Positions 8,653-18,466 are shown, numbered from the stretch's first letter. The stretch is 32,000 nt of DNA from Candidatus Pelagibacter ubique HTCC1062 (GCF_000012345.1 NC_007205.1:1050001-1082000); one strand, 5' to 3'. Program-made: numbers and translations. Notes: generated from the letters alone by a model not told the origin.

Positions 8653-9680
8653 TAGATTTGCTCCTCTAACTTTTTAGACATTTCAGCTATATTTTCTGGT
8701 GGCCAGTTCGGAATCTCCATACCTAAGTATAAAGACATACCAGTTAAAACTTCTTTTATTTCATTAAGTGATTTTCTTCCAAAGTTAGGTGTTCTAAGCA
8801 TTTCACCTTCTGACTTTTGAACTAGATCTCCAATGTAAATAATATTATCATTTTTAAGACAATTCATAGAACGCACAGATAATTCAAGTTCATCAACTTT
8901 TCTTAATAAATTCTTATTGAATTCAGGCTCAGATGAAACTTCTTTTACAGGTACTTCAACAGGTTCGTCAAAATTAACAAACATATTTAGTTGATCTTGG
9001 AAAATTCTAGCAGAATAAGCAACGGCATCTTCAGCAGAAATTGATCCATTAGTTTCAACTTCCATAATTAATTTATCATAATCAAGGGCTTTTCCTTCTC
9101 TTGCTGTGCTTATAGAGTAAGAAACCTTCTTAACTGGACTATATAAAGAATCTATAGCAATTAATCCCAAAGGTGGTTCTTCTGGTTTGTTCATTACTGC
9201 AGGAACGTATCCCTTACCTGTTCCAACATTCATTTCCATATGGAAATGCGTATTTTCATCTAAATTACAAATAACCAGATCAGGATTTAAAATTTCAATA
9301 TCGGCAACTGGTGCTATGTCAGAAGCTTTAATTTCTCCAGGACCTTTAGCATCTAAAATAAGTTTTTTAGTAGTTTCTGATGAGCTTTTTAAAGCTAATG
9401 ATTTAACGTTTAAAACTATGTCAGTAACATCTTCTCTAACACCTTTGATAGATGTAAATTCATGTAAAACACCATCAATTTGAATTGAAGTTACAGCAGC
9501 ACCTCTGATTGATGAAAGTAAAATTCTTCTTAAAGAATTACCTAAAGTTAAACCATATCCTTTTTCTAAAGGTTCTGCGATAATTTTTGCATGTGATTTG
9601 TCATCACTAATTTTAACATCTAATTGAGCTGGTTTAATTAATGCTTTCCAATTTTTAGCATTTACATTTAAACTTTCCAT
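8652..9680 (-). CDS. rpoA: DNA-directed RNA polymerase subunit alpha
   Basis: NTD '[17 protein letters not shown]', CTD '[12 protein letters not shown]'. Canonical position between rpsK and rplQ. Confidence 0.98.
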   Translation of the reverse strand: MESLNVNAKNWKALIKPAQLDVKISDDKSHAKIIAEPLEKGYGLTLGNSLRRILLSSIRGAAVTSIQIDGVLHEFTSIKGVREDVTDIVLNVKSLALKSSSETTKKLILDAKGPGEIKASDIAPVADIEILNPDLVICNLDENTHFHMEMNVGTGKGYVPAVMNKPEEPPLGLIAIDSLYSPVKKVSYSISTAREGKALDYDKLIMEVETNGSISAEDAVAYSARIFQDQLNMFVNFDEPVEVPVKEVSSEPEFNKNLLRKVDELELSVRSMNCLKNDNIIYIGDLVQKSEGEMLRTPNFGRKSLNEIKEVLTGMSLYLGMEIPNWPPENIAEMSKKLEEQI

Positions 9681-9683
9681 TTA

Positions 9684-10136
9684 TTAAACTCTCCTTTTTT
9701 TTGGTGGTCTTACGCCGTTATGTGGCATTGGTGTTGTATCTTTTATTGAAAGAATCTTAAATCCTCTCGCTTGTAAAGCTCTTAATGCGGTTTCTCTTCC
9801 TGAACCAGGTCCTTTAACCTCAACTGATAAAGTTTTCATTCCATATTCTAAAGCTTTAGATGCAGCAGAATCTGCAGCAATTTGTGCAGCATAAGGTGTT
9901 GATTTTCTTGAACCTTTAAAACCTTTTTGTCCAGCGGATGCCCAAGAAATTACATTTCCATTAGTATCTGCAATTGAAATTATTGTATTGTTAAAAGTAG
10001 ACTGTACATAAGCAATACCATTAAGAATATTTTTTTTTATTTTCTTTTTTTTGGAATAAGAACTTTTCTTAGATTTTTTATCTACTTTTTTTTCTACAAC
10101 AGCATCTTTATTCTCAACTTTATCTACTTTAGCCAT
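9684..10136 (-). CDS. rpsK: 30S ribosomal protein S11 (with Lys-rich N-terminal extension)
   Basis: '[20 protein letters not shown]' and '[14 protein letters not shown]' S11 signatures. Confidence 0.97.
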   Translation of the reverse strand: MAKVDKVENKDAVVEKKVDKKSKKSSYSKKKKIKKNILNGIAYVQSTFNNTIISIADTNGNVISWASAGQKGFKGSRKSTPYAAQIAADSAASKALEYGMKTLSVEVKGPGSGRETALRALQARGFKILSIKDTTPMPHNGVRPPKKRRV

Positions 10137-10143
10137 AAATTAA

Positions 10144-10527
10144 TTATTTTTTAAGTGGAGTTAATTTTTTACCAGCAATTGCTATTGCTTTACCTTTTCT
10201 TGTTCTTGCATTACATCTTGTTCTTTGTCCTCTAACAGGAAGTTTTTTTCTATGTCTAGATCCCCTGTAACAAGCAAGGTCAATTAATCTTTTAATAGTT
10301 AAAGAGTAATCTCTTCTAAGATCACCTTCGACTTTAAAATTTGCATCAATGTATTCTCTAATTTTTAAAATATCTTCGTCAGTAAGTTCATTTATTCTTT
10401 TTGCTTTAGGAATTTCTAAAGAAGTACAAATTTGGCTAGAAAATTTATTACCAATACCATAGATGTACGTTAGTCCTATGTGGACAAGTTTGTTTTGCGG
10501 AATGTTTACACCTGCTATACGAGCCAT
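10144..10527 (-). CDS. rpsM: 30S ribosomal protein S13
   Basis: '[10 protein letters not shown]' N-terminus and '[14 protein letters not shown]'. Confidence 0.97.
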   Translation of the reverse strand: MARIAGVNIPQNKLVHIGLTYIYGIGNKFSSQICTSLEIPKAKRINELTDEDILKIREYIDANFKVEGDLRRDYSLTIKRLIDLACYRGSRHRKKLPVRGQRTRCNARTRKGKAIAIAGKKLTPLKK

Positions 10528-10550
10528 ATTTTTGAGAATAAATTTAGCCT

Positions 10551-10578
10551 TTTATATAAGAAGATGTTCCAAAGTCAA
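10551..10578 (-). promoter_or_regulatory. Candidate sigma70-type promoter for rpsM-rpsK-rpoA-rplQ: TTGACT-16 bp-TATAAA
   Basis: Minus strand: TTGACT at 10578-10573, TATAAA at 10556-10551, spacer counted as 16 bp. Lies in one of only two spacers longer than 10 bp in the 24-kb array. No experimental support. Confidence 0.35.
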
Positions 10579-10582
10579 CGTC

Positions 10583-11224
10583 TTAAACCTTAAGAATTTC
10601 ATTAATTTTATTGGTTATTTGATCAATTTCACCTGCTCCATCAATTTCAGTGAAATTTGAATTTTTTGAATAGAATTCTAACACTGGTTTTGTTGAAGAC
10701 ATATAAGTGTCATATCTAGAAATAACAATTTCAAGATTGTCATCTTTTCTTTTCTTTAAGTGTTCAACACCACAAGGATGAAGCTCTATTTGCTCCTTAT
10801 TAAAATATTCATTTAACGTCATATTACATTTTTCACAGGTCATTCTGCCCATAATACGTTTTTCAATAATGTCTCTTGATACATTTAAAAATATAGTATG
10901 CCCTATTGTTTGGTTAAACTCATTTAATAAAACTTCTAAATTAATAGCTTGTTCAACATTTCTTGGATAGCCATCAAAAATAATTCTATCTCTATATTTT
11001 AAATTAGTTAAAGATTGTCTTAATAAAGTATTTACGATCTCATCTGAAACAAATTTGCCATTAGATATTAGCTTTTCTATATCCACTCCAAGATCAGTTT
11101 TAGATTTAACTTCATCTCTTAATAGATTTCCTGTTGATAATTGGAAGTAATTATGTTTTTTAACAATAGATTGAGCTTGAGTCCCCTTACCCGCTCCTGG
11201 AGGACCAAAAAGAATTATATTCAC
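10583..11224 (-). CDS. adk: Adenylate kinase
   Basis: P-loop 'GPPGAGKGTQ', 'DGYPR', long lid domain. The position between secY and rpsM is typical for Alphaproteobacteria. Confidence 0.96.
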   Translation of the reverse strand: MNIILFGPPGAGKGTQAQSIVKKHNYFQLSTGNLLRDEVKSKTDLGVDIEKLISNGKFVSDEIVNTLLRQSLTNLKYRDRIIFDGYPRNVEQAINLEVLLNEFNQTIGHTIFLNVSRDIIEKRIMGRMTCEKCNMTLNEYFNKEQIELHPCGVEHLKKRKDDNLEIVISRYDTYMSSTKPVLEFYSKNSNFTEIDGAGEIDQITNKINEILKV

Positions 11225-11228
11225 TTAA

Positions 11229-12509
11229 TTATTTTCCGAATTTTGTTTTTTTAATTAATTGCTCATATTGAGAGCTCATTAATCTAGTTTGGATTTGTGT
11301 AACGGTATCAATTGCAACTACAACAACAATCAAGATTGAAGTTCCACCTAAATAAAAGGGTATTGGATAATTAGCAATTAGAAATTCTGGCATTAAACAA
11401 ACTATTGTTAAATACAATGCCCCAATTGTCGTAAGTTTTGTCAAAATTTTTTCAATATACAAAGCTGTATTTTCACCTGGTCTAATTCCAGGTACAAAAC
11501 CACCATATTTTCTTAAATTATCAGCAGTCTCAGTTGGATTAAATGTTATGGATGTGTAGAAAAAAGTAAAAAATATTATTCCAGAAGCATAAAGCAACAT
11601 GTAAAGGGGTTGTCCTTGTGTAAAGTATGAACTTAAATTTAAGAATGTATCATTGTCTGAAAAACTAAAATTAGAAAAGGTAACAGGCAATAATAATAAA
11701 GCTGAAGCAAAGATTGCTGGAATAACACCGGCTTGGTTAATCTTTAAAGGTAAATGAGAAGATTCACCACCGTACATTTTATTTCCCATTTGTCTTTTAG
11801 GGTAATTTATTAAAATTTTTCTTAATGCTCTTTCCATGAAAACAATGAACATAATTGTTGCGACTAATAATACAAAAATTCCAATAATCATAATTGTAGA
11901 TACAGCGCCCGTTCTACCCAACTCGAATGTAGTAACTAAAGCACGTGGAATTTCAGCAACAATACCAGCAAAAATAATCAACGAAATACCATTACCGATA
12001 CCTCTTTGTGTTATTTGTTCACCAAGCCACATTAAAAACATTGTACCAGCAACAATGGTTGATACCGCTGTTATAGTAAAAAATAAGCCTGGATTAATAA
12101 CTAAGTCAGCAGAAGATTGTAAACCTATAGATAATCCGTAACCCTGAATAGTAGCAAGAATTACAGTTCCATATCTTGTGATTTGAGTTATTTTTGCTCT
12201 TCCAGTTTCACCTTGTGCCTTTAAATTTTTAAAATAATCAGATACGCCAGTTAATAACTGAACTATGATTGAAGATGAAATATAAGGCATAATTCCAAGT
12301 GCGAATATAGCCATTCTACTTACAGCCCCGCCTGAAAAAACATTGAACATTCCAAGTAATCCTTTTTGATTACCACTCATCATTGTTTGTAATTGCTCAG
12401 GGTCAATGCCTGGAATTGGCACAAAAGTACCAAATCTATAAACTGCTAAGATAAATATTGTAAAGATTATACGATTTTTAAGATCATTAGTTTGAGAAGA
12501 AGAGCTCAT
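11229..12509 (-). CDS. secY: Preprotein translocase subunit SecY
   Basis: Polytopic membrane protein with 'LGIMPYISSSIIVQLL' and 'GGFVPGIRPG' motifs. Canonical position after rplO. Confidence 0.97.
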   Translation of the reverse strand: MSSSSQTNDLKNRIIFTIFILAVYRFGTFVPIPGIDPEQLQTMMSGNQKGLLGMFNVFSGGAVSRMAIFALGIMPYISSSIIVQLLTGVSDYFKNLKAQGETGRAKITQITRYGTVILATIQGYGLSIGLQSSADLVINPGLFFTITAVSTIVAGTMFLMWLGEQITQRGIGNGISLIIFAGIVAEIPRALVTTFELGRTGAVSTIMIIGIFVLLVATIMFIVFMERALRKILINYPKRQMGNKMYGGESSHLPLKINQAGVIPAIFASALLLLPVTFSNFSFSDNDTFLNLSSYFTQGQPLYMLLYASGIIFFTFFYTSITFNPTETADNLRKYGGFVPGIRPGENTALYIEKILTKLTTIGALYLTIVCLMPEFLIANYPIPFYLGGTSILIVVVVAIDTVTQIQTRLMSSQYEQLIKKTKFGK

Positions 12510-12519
12510 AATATCTTAA

Positions 12520-12981
12520 TTATTTTTTTAATTGTATTGTTCCGCCAGCTTTCTCTAATTTTTCTACAGCAGATTTAGAGATTAAGTCAGCTTCGATATT
12601 AACTTTATCTTTAATTTCACCTGTACCTAGTATCTTTAATTTTTGTGAATTTTTATTGATCAATTTAAGTTTTTTAAGTAATGCCATATTAATAACATCA
12701 CCAGAATTAATTGTTTTTTCAGTTATAAAAGTTTGAATTTTTTCCAAGTTCATTATTGCAATAACAGCTTGGTATCTCTTAATTGCATTAAAGCCTCTTT
12801 TAGGTAATCTTCTATATAAAGGCATTTGACCACCTTCAAAAGCTTTAATAGCAACACCAGATCTAGATTTTTGACCTTTAACACCTCTGCCAGATGTTTT
12901 TCCTTTTCCAGAACCGATACCTCTACCGACTCTCATCTTTTTTTTGTATAAAACTTTTCCTGTAGTATTTAATGTAGTCAT
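12520..12981 (-). CDS. rplO: 50S ribosomal protein L15
   Basis: 'GRGIGSGKGKTSGRGVKGQKSRSG' signature. Confidence 0.97.
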   Translation of the reverse strand: MTTLNTTGKVLYKKKMRVGRGIGSGKGKTSGRGVKGQKSRSGVAIKAFEGGQMPLYRRLPKRGFNAIKRYQAVIAIMNLEKIQTFITEKTINSGDVINMALLKKLKLINKNSQKLKILGTGEIKDKVNIEADLISKSAVEKLEKAGGTIQLKK

Positions 12982-13493
12982 TATCCTCTTTTTTCGATTA
13001 CATCAGAAATTTTTTTATTTCTAATTGTTGCAATATGCTTTGGTGAATTTTGTTTTGAAAGAGCTTTCATCGTCGCTCTTATCATGTTGTGAGGGTTTGA
13101 TGTACCCATTGATTTAGCAACTATATCTTTAATTCCTAAAACTTCACAAACTGCTCTTACAGGACCTCCTGCAATAATACCTGTTCCCTTAGGAGCAGAT
13201 CTTAAAATAATTTTACCAGCACCATCTTTACCATAAACATCATGATGAATAGTTCTGCCTTCTCTTAGCGGCACATGGATTAAAACTCTTCTTGCTGTTT
13301 CATTGGCTTTTTTAATTGCATCAGGCACCTGTTTGGCTTTAGCATGTGCTACTCCAATTTTACCTGCTTGATTACCAACTACTACTAAAGCTGAAAAACC
13401 AAATCTACGACCACCTTTTACTACTTTTGTAATTCTGTTGATGTGAACTAATTTTTCTAAAATACCGTCGTCTTTTTTGTCTTTAAAATCCAT
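12981..13493 (-). CDS. rpsE: 30S ribosomal protein S5
   Basis: '[18 protein letters not shown]' and '[13 protein letters not shown]'. Confidence 0.97.
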   Translation of the reverse strand: MDFKDKKDDGILEKLVHINRITKVVKGGRRFGFSALVVVGNQAGKIGVAHAKAKQVPDAIKKANETARRVLIHVPLREGRTIHHDVYGKDGAGKIILRSAPKGTGIIAGGPVRAVCEVLGIKDIVAKSMGTSNPHNMIRATMKALSKQNSPKHIATIRNKKISDVIEKRG

Positions 13494-13495
13494 AA

Positions 13496-13852
13496 TTAAA
13501 ATTCCATTCCATTTTTACGTAGTGTTTCAGCAAAAACTTTAACTCTGCCGTGGTATTTGTATATACCTCTATCAAAAAATATTTTTGATATTTTCTTTTC
13601 TTGGGCTTTCTTTGCAAGTTTCTCTGCTACTATTTTAGAAATTTCTGTTTTATTTACTTTGTCCATAGAACGAATGTCTTTTTCAACAGAAGAACATGAC
13701 ACTAAAGTAATGTTTTTAACATCATCAATAATTTGAGCTGAAATATTTTTTGCAGATCTTGATATGCTAAGTCTTAATCTATCAGATGATGCAACTTTTT
13801 TTAATTTACCAGTAACTCTAAATTTCTTTCTTTGGATGGTATTTAATTTCAT
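13496..13852 (-). CDS. rplR: 50S ribosomal protein L18
   Basis: '[26 protein letters not shown]' C-terminus. Confidence 0.96.
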
Positions 13853-14391
13853 TATTTCTTCTTCCCTTCTTTTCTTAGAATGTATTGACCTTGCTCTCTA
13901 ATACCTTTGCCTTTATATGGCTCTGGTTTTCTAAAAGCTTTGATTTTTGAAACAACCATACCTACTTGCTGTTTATCAGATCCACTAACTTTAACTACCG
14001 TCTGTTTTTCAACAACAATTTTAATTCCTTCAGGAATATCAAAATTAATATCGTGGCTATAACCTAATTGCAAATTTAACTGTTTATCTTTTAATGCAGC
14101 TCTGTAACCCACTCCAACAAGCTCAAGAATTTTTTCATAGCCAGTACTTGACCCAATAACAGCATTATTGATTAAGCTTCTATTCATGCCCCATAATCTT
14201 TTTGAGTTTTGATCCTTTACTTTAGGGCTGATAGATATTTCTTTTCCTTCGGTAACGTCAAGATTAAACATTTCAAGATCAATATTAAGTGATTTTTTAC
14301 CTAATGGTCCCTCAATGTTAAGAACACTACCAGAAAGTACTGCTTTAACTTTTTCAGGGATTGAAATACTTATTTTACCAATTTTAGACAT
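13852..14391 (-). CDS. rplF: 50S ribosomal protein L6
   Basis: '[15 protein letters not shown]', 'LVGVGYRA', 'EPYKGKGIR'. Confidence 0.96.
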
Positions 14392-14786
14392 TAAAATACC
14401 TTACAAATTATTTCGCCACCAACTTTTTGTTTTCTAGCTTCAATATCAGTCATTACACCTTTTGGTGTTGATACAATAGCTATTCCTAGTCCGCCATTAA
14501 TTTTTGGCAAACTATCAGCACTTGAAAATATTCTTCTACCAGGCTTAGATACTCTCTCAAAAGTACTAATTACTGGATTTCCAGAATAATATTTTAAGTC
14601 AACTGACAATGTGGGTTTATTATTTTCAGTTTCAATTTTATAGTCTTTTATAAATCCTTCACTTTTAAGAATATCTGCAATCTTAACTTTAAAGTTAGAA
14701 GAAGGTAATGCTACTTTCTTGTGATTTCTCACTTGTGCATTTTTTATTCTTGCGATCATATCCCCTATTGGGTCACTTAAACTCAT
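14391..14786 (-). CDS. rpsH: 30S ribosomal protein S8
   Basis: 'SDPIGDMIARIKNA' N-terminus and 'GGEIICKVF' C-terminus. Confidence 0.97.
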   Translation of the reverse strand: MSLSDPIGDMIARIKNAQVRNHKKVALPSSNFKVKIADILKSEGFIKDYKIETENNKPTLSVDLKYYSGNPVISTFERVSKPGRRIFSSADSLPKINGGLGIAIVSTPKGVMTDIEARKQKVGGEIICKVF

Positions 14787-14796
14787 ATTATCCTTT

Positions 14797-15102
14797 CTAC
14801 CAACTCGACTTAGTCATGCCAGGAATTAATCCATGCAGTCCCAAGTCTCTTAAGGCTATTCTTGATATTTTTAATTTTCTGTATACACCGTGTGGTCTTC
14901 CAGTAATTTGGCATCTATTCATAACTCTGTTTTTTGCAGAATTACGAGGTAAATTTGAAAGCTTTTGCTGTGCTTTAAATCTTTCTTCTAATGATATTTT
15001 TTTATCCATTACAATTTTCTTTAATGCTTGTCTTTTTTTGAAAAGCCTATCTGAAAGTTTAATTCTTTTATTGTTTTTATTTACTGCGCTTACTTTAGCC
15101 AT
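14797..15102 (-). CDS. rpsN: 30S ribosomal protein S14 (long, non-zinc type)
   Basis: 'RCQITGRPHGVYRKLKISRIALRDLGLHGLIPGMTKSSW'. 101 aa with no CxxC pairs. Confidence 0.96.
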   Translation of the reverse strand: MAKVSAVNKNNKRIKLSDRLFKKRQALKKIVMDKKISLEERFKAQQKLSNLPRNSAKNRVMNRCQITGRPHGVYRKLKISRIALRDLGLHGLIPGMTKSSW

Positions 15103-15104
15103 TC

Positions 15105-15659
15105 TTAATTGTCTCCTTTTTTAATAAATGGAAAATTTAGTTTTTCTAAAAGAGCAAAACTATGATCTTTATTTAAAGCAGAGATCACAACTACAATATC
15201 AAGACCTCTAATCTTATCAATTCTATCAAAATTAACTTCTGGAAAAATTATATGTTCTTTAATGCCAAACGTATAATTACCAAACTTATCAAATCCTTTG
15301 GGAGATAAGCCTCTAAAGTCTTTAATTCTTGGTAAAGCAATATTTACAAGTCTATCTAAAAATTCATACATTTTGTTGCCTCTTAAAGTAACTTTTAAAC
15401 CAGCGTTTGTACCTTTTCTCGTTTTAAAGTTTGCTACTGATTTTTTAAATTTAGTCACAGTTGGTTTTTGACCTGTAATTTTCCCTAAATCTTCTTCAGT
15501 AGATTTCATAATTTTTGCATCAGCACCATCAAGACCAAGACCCATGTTAATAACAACTTTTTCAACTTTTGGCCCCATATAGGTATTTTTATATCCAAGG
15601 GTTTCTTTAAGCTGTGGTTGGATTTCTTTGTAATAAAGTTCTTTTAATCTAGGTATCAT
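15105..15659 (-). CDS. rplE: 50S ribosomal protein L5
   Basis: 'FRGLSPKGFDKFGNYTFGIKEHIIFPE'. Canonical position. Confidence 0.97.
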   Translation of the reverse strand: MIPRLKELYYKEIQPQLKETLGYKNTYMGPKVEKVVINMGLGLDGADAKIMKSTEEDLGKITGQKPTVTKFKKSVANFKTRKGTNAGLKVTLRGNKMYEFLDRLVNIALPRIKDFRGLSPKGFDKFGNYTFGIKEHIIFPEVNFDRIDKIRGLDIVVVISALNKDHSFALLEKLNFPFIKKGDN

Positions 15660-15907
15660 TATTTCTTAGCCTCAGTTTTTTTTGTTTTAGCTTTTTCGTC
15701 AATAAGTTTAAGGTTTGAAATGTGGATGAAGCTCTCTTTAGAGACTATTCCACCTTTTTTTTCTTTTGTAGTTTTAACATGTTTTTTCACAATGTTAATT
15801 CCTTGAACTTTTGCTCTGTTATTAGGTCTATCGATTTCAATAACCTCACCCTCTTTTTTTTTATCTCTTCCTGTTAAAACTCTAACTTTTAATCCTTTTT
15901 TAATCAT
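15659..15907 (-). CDS. rplX: 50S ribosomal protein L24 (short, 82 aa)
   Basis: KOW motif '[15 protein letters not shown]' and 'GINIVKKH'. Lies between rplN and rplE. Confidence 0.93.
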
Positions 15908-16276
15908 TTATAAAACCTCTGGAGCCAATGAAATTATTTTCATTTGACCTCTACTTCTTAATTCTCTTGTTACTGGACCAAAAATCCTAGTCCCCACTGG
16001 TTCACCTTTATCATCAACTAAAACAGCTGCATTATTATCAAATCTAACTTTAGATCCATCTTCCCTATGAATTCCCTTTTTAACTCTAACTACAACAGCT
16101 TTATGAACAGAACCTTTTTTAACTTTTCCTTTAGGTAATGCCTCTTTAACTGCGATAACGATAGTATCACCAATACTTGCGTATCTACGTTTAGAGCCAC
16201 CTAAAACTTTAATACATTCTATTCTTTTTGCACCAGTGTTATCAGCTACTAATAATTCAGTTTGTACTTGTATCAT
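15908..16276 (-). CDS. rplN: 50S ribosomal protein L14
   Basis: '[17 protein letters not shown]' N-terminus and 'ISLAPEVL' C-terminus. Confidence 0.98.
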
Positions 16277-16509
16277 TTAGATTCATCCATTACTTGAAAT
16301 TTTTTATTCTTAGAAAAAGGCTTACACTCAATAATTGACACTGTGTCTCCAGTTTTAAATTTATTATTTTCATCGTGTGCGTTATATTTTTTTCTAACTT
16401 TAACTACTTTTTTTAATACTGGGTGCGAATATTTTCTTTCAACAGATACAGTTATAGTTTTGTTTGGTTTATCGCTTGTTACTACTCCTGTTAATATTTT
16501 TTTAGGCAT
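16273..16509 (-). CDS. rpsQ: 30S ribosomal protein S17
   Basis: '[27 protein letters not shown]'. Confidence 0.96.
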   Translation of the reverse strand: MPKKILTGVVTSDKPNKTITVSVERKYSHPVLKKVVKVRKKYNAHDENNKFKTGDTVSIIECKPFSKNKKFQVMDESK

Positions 16510-16702
16510 TTAATTTTCCTTTTAGTGTAGTTTTTAATCTAGCTATAGTTTTTTTAGTTTGTCCAATTTTAGATGGATCTGTAACTTGTGAATTAATTTT
16601 TTGAAATCTAAAGTTAAATAAATCTTTTTTTAATTTATCAATATTTTTGATAACTTCGTCCTTAGATAATTTTTTAATTTCTTGTTTTTTCATATTATGC
16701 AA
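16502..16702 (-). CDS. rpmC: 50S ribosomal protein L29
   Basis: 66 aa, '[11 protein letters not shown]' helix. Lies between rplP and rpsQ. Confidence 0.93.
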   Translation of the reverse strand: MHNMKKQEIKKLSKDEVIKNIDKLKKDLFNFRFQKINSQVTDPSKIGQTKKTIARLKTTLKGKLNA

Positions 16703-17105
16703 ATCTCTTAATAAATTTTGTTTTTATAGGTAGTTTAGCTGAAGCCTTATAAAGTGCTTCTTTTGCTATTGTTTCTGAAACACCATCAATTTCAAATAAA
16801 ATTCTACCTGGCTTCACTCTGCAAGCCCAATATTCAGGAGCTCCTTTACCTTTACCCATACGTACTTCAACAGGTTTTTTTGAAACGGGTATATTTGGAA
16901 AGATTCTTGTCCAAACACGTCCCTGTCTTTTCATGTGTCTTGTTAAAGCAACTCTAGCAGCTTCTATTTGTTTTCCTATAATTCTCTCTGGCGCCATAGC
17001 TTTTAATGCAAAAGATCCATAGTTAATCTTGCTAGCACGTGTAGCTGTTCCATGAATTCTTCCTTTATGAGCTTTTCTGTATTTTGTTCTAACTGGCTGT
17101 AACAT
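16695..17105 (-). CDS. rplP: 50S ribosomal protein L16
   Basis: '[16 protein letters not shown]' N-terminus and '[12 protein letters not shown]'. Confidence 0.98.
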   Translation of the reverse strand: MLQPVRTKYRKAHKGRIHGTATRASKINYGSFALKAMAPERIIGKQIEAARVALTRHMKRQGRVWTRIFPNIPVSKKPVEVRMGKGKGAPEYWACRVKPGRILFEIDGVSETIAKEALYKASAKLPIKTKFIKRFA

Positions 17106-17107
17106 AA

Positions 17108-17788
17108 TTATTCTTTAACCTCTTTTGGAACTATCTTGTTAGTTTCTTGGCTAAATTCTTTAGCGAATACTTCACCTTTATAAATCCAAATTTTTATTCC
17201 AATAATACCAAATGTTGTTAATGCTTCAGCTTCTGCATAGTCAATATCTGCTCTTAAAGTATGTGATGGTATACTTCCTTCTCTTAACCATTCAGTTCTA
17301 GCTATTTCATTTCCACCTAGTCTACCACTAATAGAAACTTTAATGCCTTTTGCACCAAGTCTTAAACATGATTGCATAGCTCTCTTCATGGCTCTTCTAT
17401 ATGATATTCTTTTAACTAATTGTTGTGCTATATTTTCAGCAACTAAATAAGCATTTGTTTCCGGCTTTTTAACTTCTTTAATATTAAGTGTTACTTCATT
17501 GTTAGTAAATTTAGATAAATTGTTTTTTATTTTATCAATATCGCTACCTTTCTTTCCAATTACAAATCCAGGTCTTGATGTGTAAATAGTAACAAAACAT
17601 TTATTAGAGGTTCTCTCTATCATAACTTTAGATACACCAGAATTAACAACATTTTTCTTGATATATGCTCTGATCTTAAAATCTTCGATAAGATAATTTC
17701 CAAAATCTTTCTTTTTTGCATACCAGACAGAATCCCAACCTCTGTTTACACCTAGTCTGAAACCAACAGGATTAACTTTTTGACCCAT
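17108..17788 (-). CDS. rpsC: 30S ribosomal protein S3
   Basis: '[13 protein letters not shown]' N-terminus and the KH domain '[11 protein letters not shown]'. Confidence 0.98.
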   Translation of the reverse strand: MGQKVNPVGFRLGVNRGWDSVWYAKKKDFGNYLIEDFKIRAYIKKNVVNSGVSKVMIERTSNKCFVTIYTSRPGFVIGKKGSDIDKIKNNLSKFTNNEVTLNIKEVKKPETNAYLVAENIAQQLVKRISYRRAMKRAMQSCLRLGAKGIKVSISGRLGGNEIARTEWLREGSIPSHTLRADIDYAEAEALTTFGIIGIKIWIYKGEVFAKEFSQETNKIVPKEVKE

Positions 17789-18170
17789 GACTCTCCATTT
17801 GTTTTGCTTCTGATAATATAATTGTAATAGTTGAATAAGGTTTTAAAATTGGTGCAGCTCTACCTTTTGCTCTTGGTCTGAATCTTTTCATAACAACTTT
17901 TTTCCCACAGTATGCTTCTTTAACAATTAGTTTATCTATGTCGTATTGATTGTTATTTTCAGCGTTAGCAACAGCTGATGAAACTGTTTTTCTTATTTCT
18001 CTAGTAATTCTTTTTGCAGAAAATTGAAGCTCTCTAATAGCTACATCAACTTTTTTTCCAACAATTGCTTTAAGTATTGGGTTAAGTTTTCTAACACTAG
18101 ATCTAATATTATTATTTACAGATCTAACTGTATCTACTTTAGTTCTGTTAATTTTCTTTTTTTTATTCAT
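17772..18170 (-). CDS. rplV: 50S ribosomal protein L22
   Basis: '[26 protein letters not shown]'. Its 3' end overlaps the rpsC start by 17 nt. Confidence 0.96.
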   Translation of the reverse strand: MNKKKKINRTKVDTVRSVNNNIRSSVRKLNPILKAIVGKKVDVAIRELQFSAKRITREIRKTVSSAVANAENNNQYDIDKLIVKEAYCGKKVVMKRFRPRAKGRAAPILKPYSTITIILSEAKQMESHGSKS

Positions 18171-18172
18171 AA

Positions 18173-18466
18173 TTATTTTTTCTTCTCAGCTGGTTTTCCT
18201 TTTTTTTCAGCTGGTGTATGTCCAAAAAATGTTCTAGTTGGAGAAAATTCACCTAATTTATGACCCACCATATCTTCAGATATAGTAACTGGAATGAATT
18301 TTTTTCCATTATAAATCAAAAAACTAACCCCTATAAACTCAGGAATTATTGTTGATTTTCTTGACCACGTTTTAATAGGCATTTTTTTTGGATCTAATTT
18401 TTGTTTTTCAACTTTTTTAATCAAGCTCTCTTCAACAAAAGGTCCTTTCCATACTGATCTAGCCAT
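18173..18466 (-). CDS. rpsS: 30S ribosomal protein S19
   Basis: '[11 protein letters not shown]' and '[13 protein letters not shown]'. Confidence 0.98.
   Translation of the reverse strand: MARSVWKGPFVEESLIKKVEKQKLDPKKMPIKTWSRKSTIIPEFIGVSFLIYNGKKFIPVTISEDMVGHKLGEFSPTRTFFGHTPAEKKGKPAEKKK

Noticed and set aside
9681-10143. Absence of rpsD between rpsK and rpoA, and of rpmJ/infA between secY/adk and rpsM, considered as possible gene loss.
   Set aside because: secY-adk-rpsM-rpsK-rpoA-rplQ without rpsD or rpmJ is, to my knowledge, the normal alphaproteobacterial arrangement. It is taxonomic signal, not an anomaly.
14708-15124. 138-aa plus-strand ORF antisense to rpsH/rpsN/rplE. Similar antisense ORFs lie at 938-1138, 1151-1345, 1812-2045, 2608-2811, 4088-4291, 5535-5906, 9187-9483, 11836-12141, 16754-16957, 18024-18263, 19133-19354, 19341-19629, 19772-20041, 20560-20892, 25021-25215, 25900-26130, 26221-26526, 28182-28451 and 30366-30641.
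   Set aside because: All lie opposite strongly conserved genes. Their Phe/Leu/Ile/Ser-rich low-complexity translations are what the antisense of Lys/Glu/Asn-rich A/T-biased codons produces. No recognisable motifs and no independent start context.
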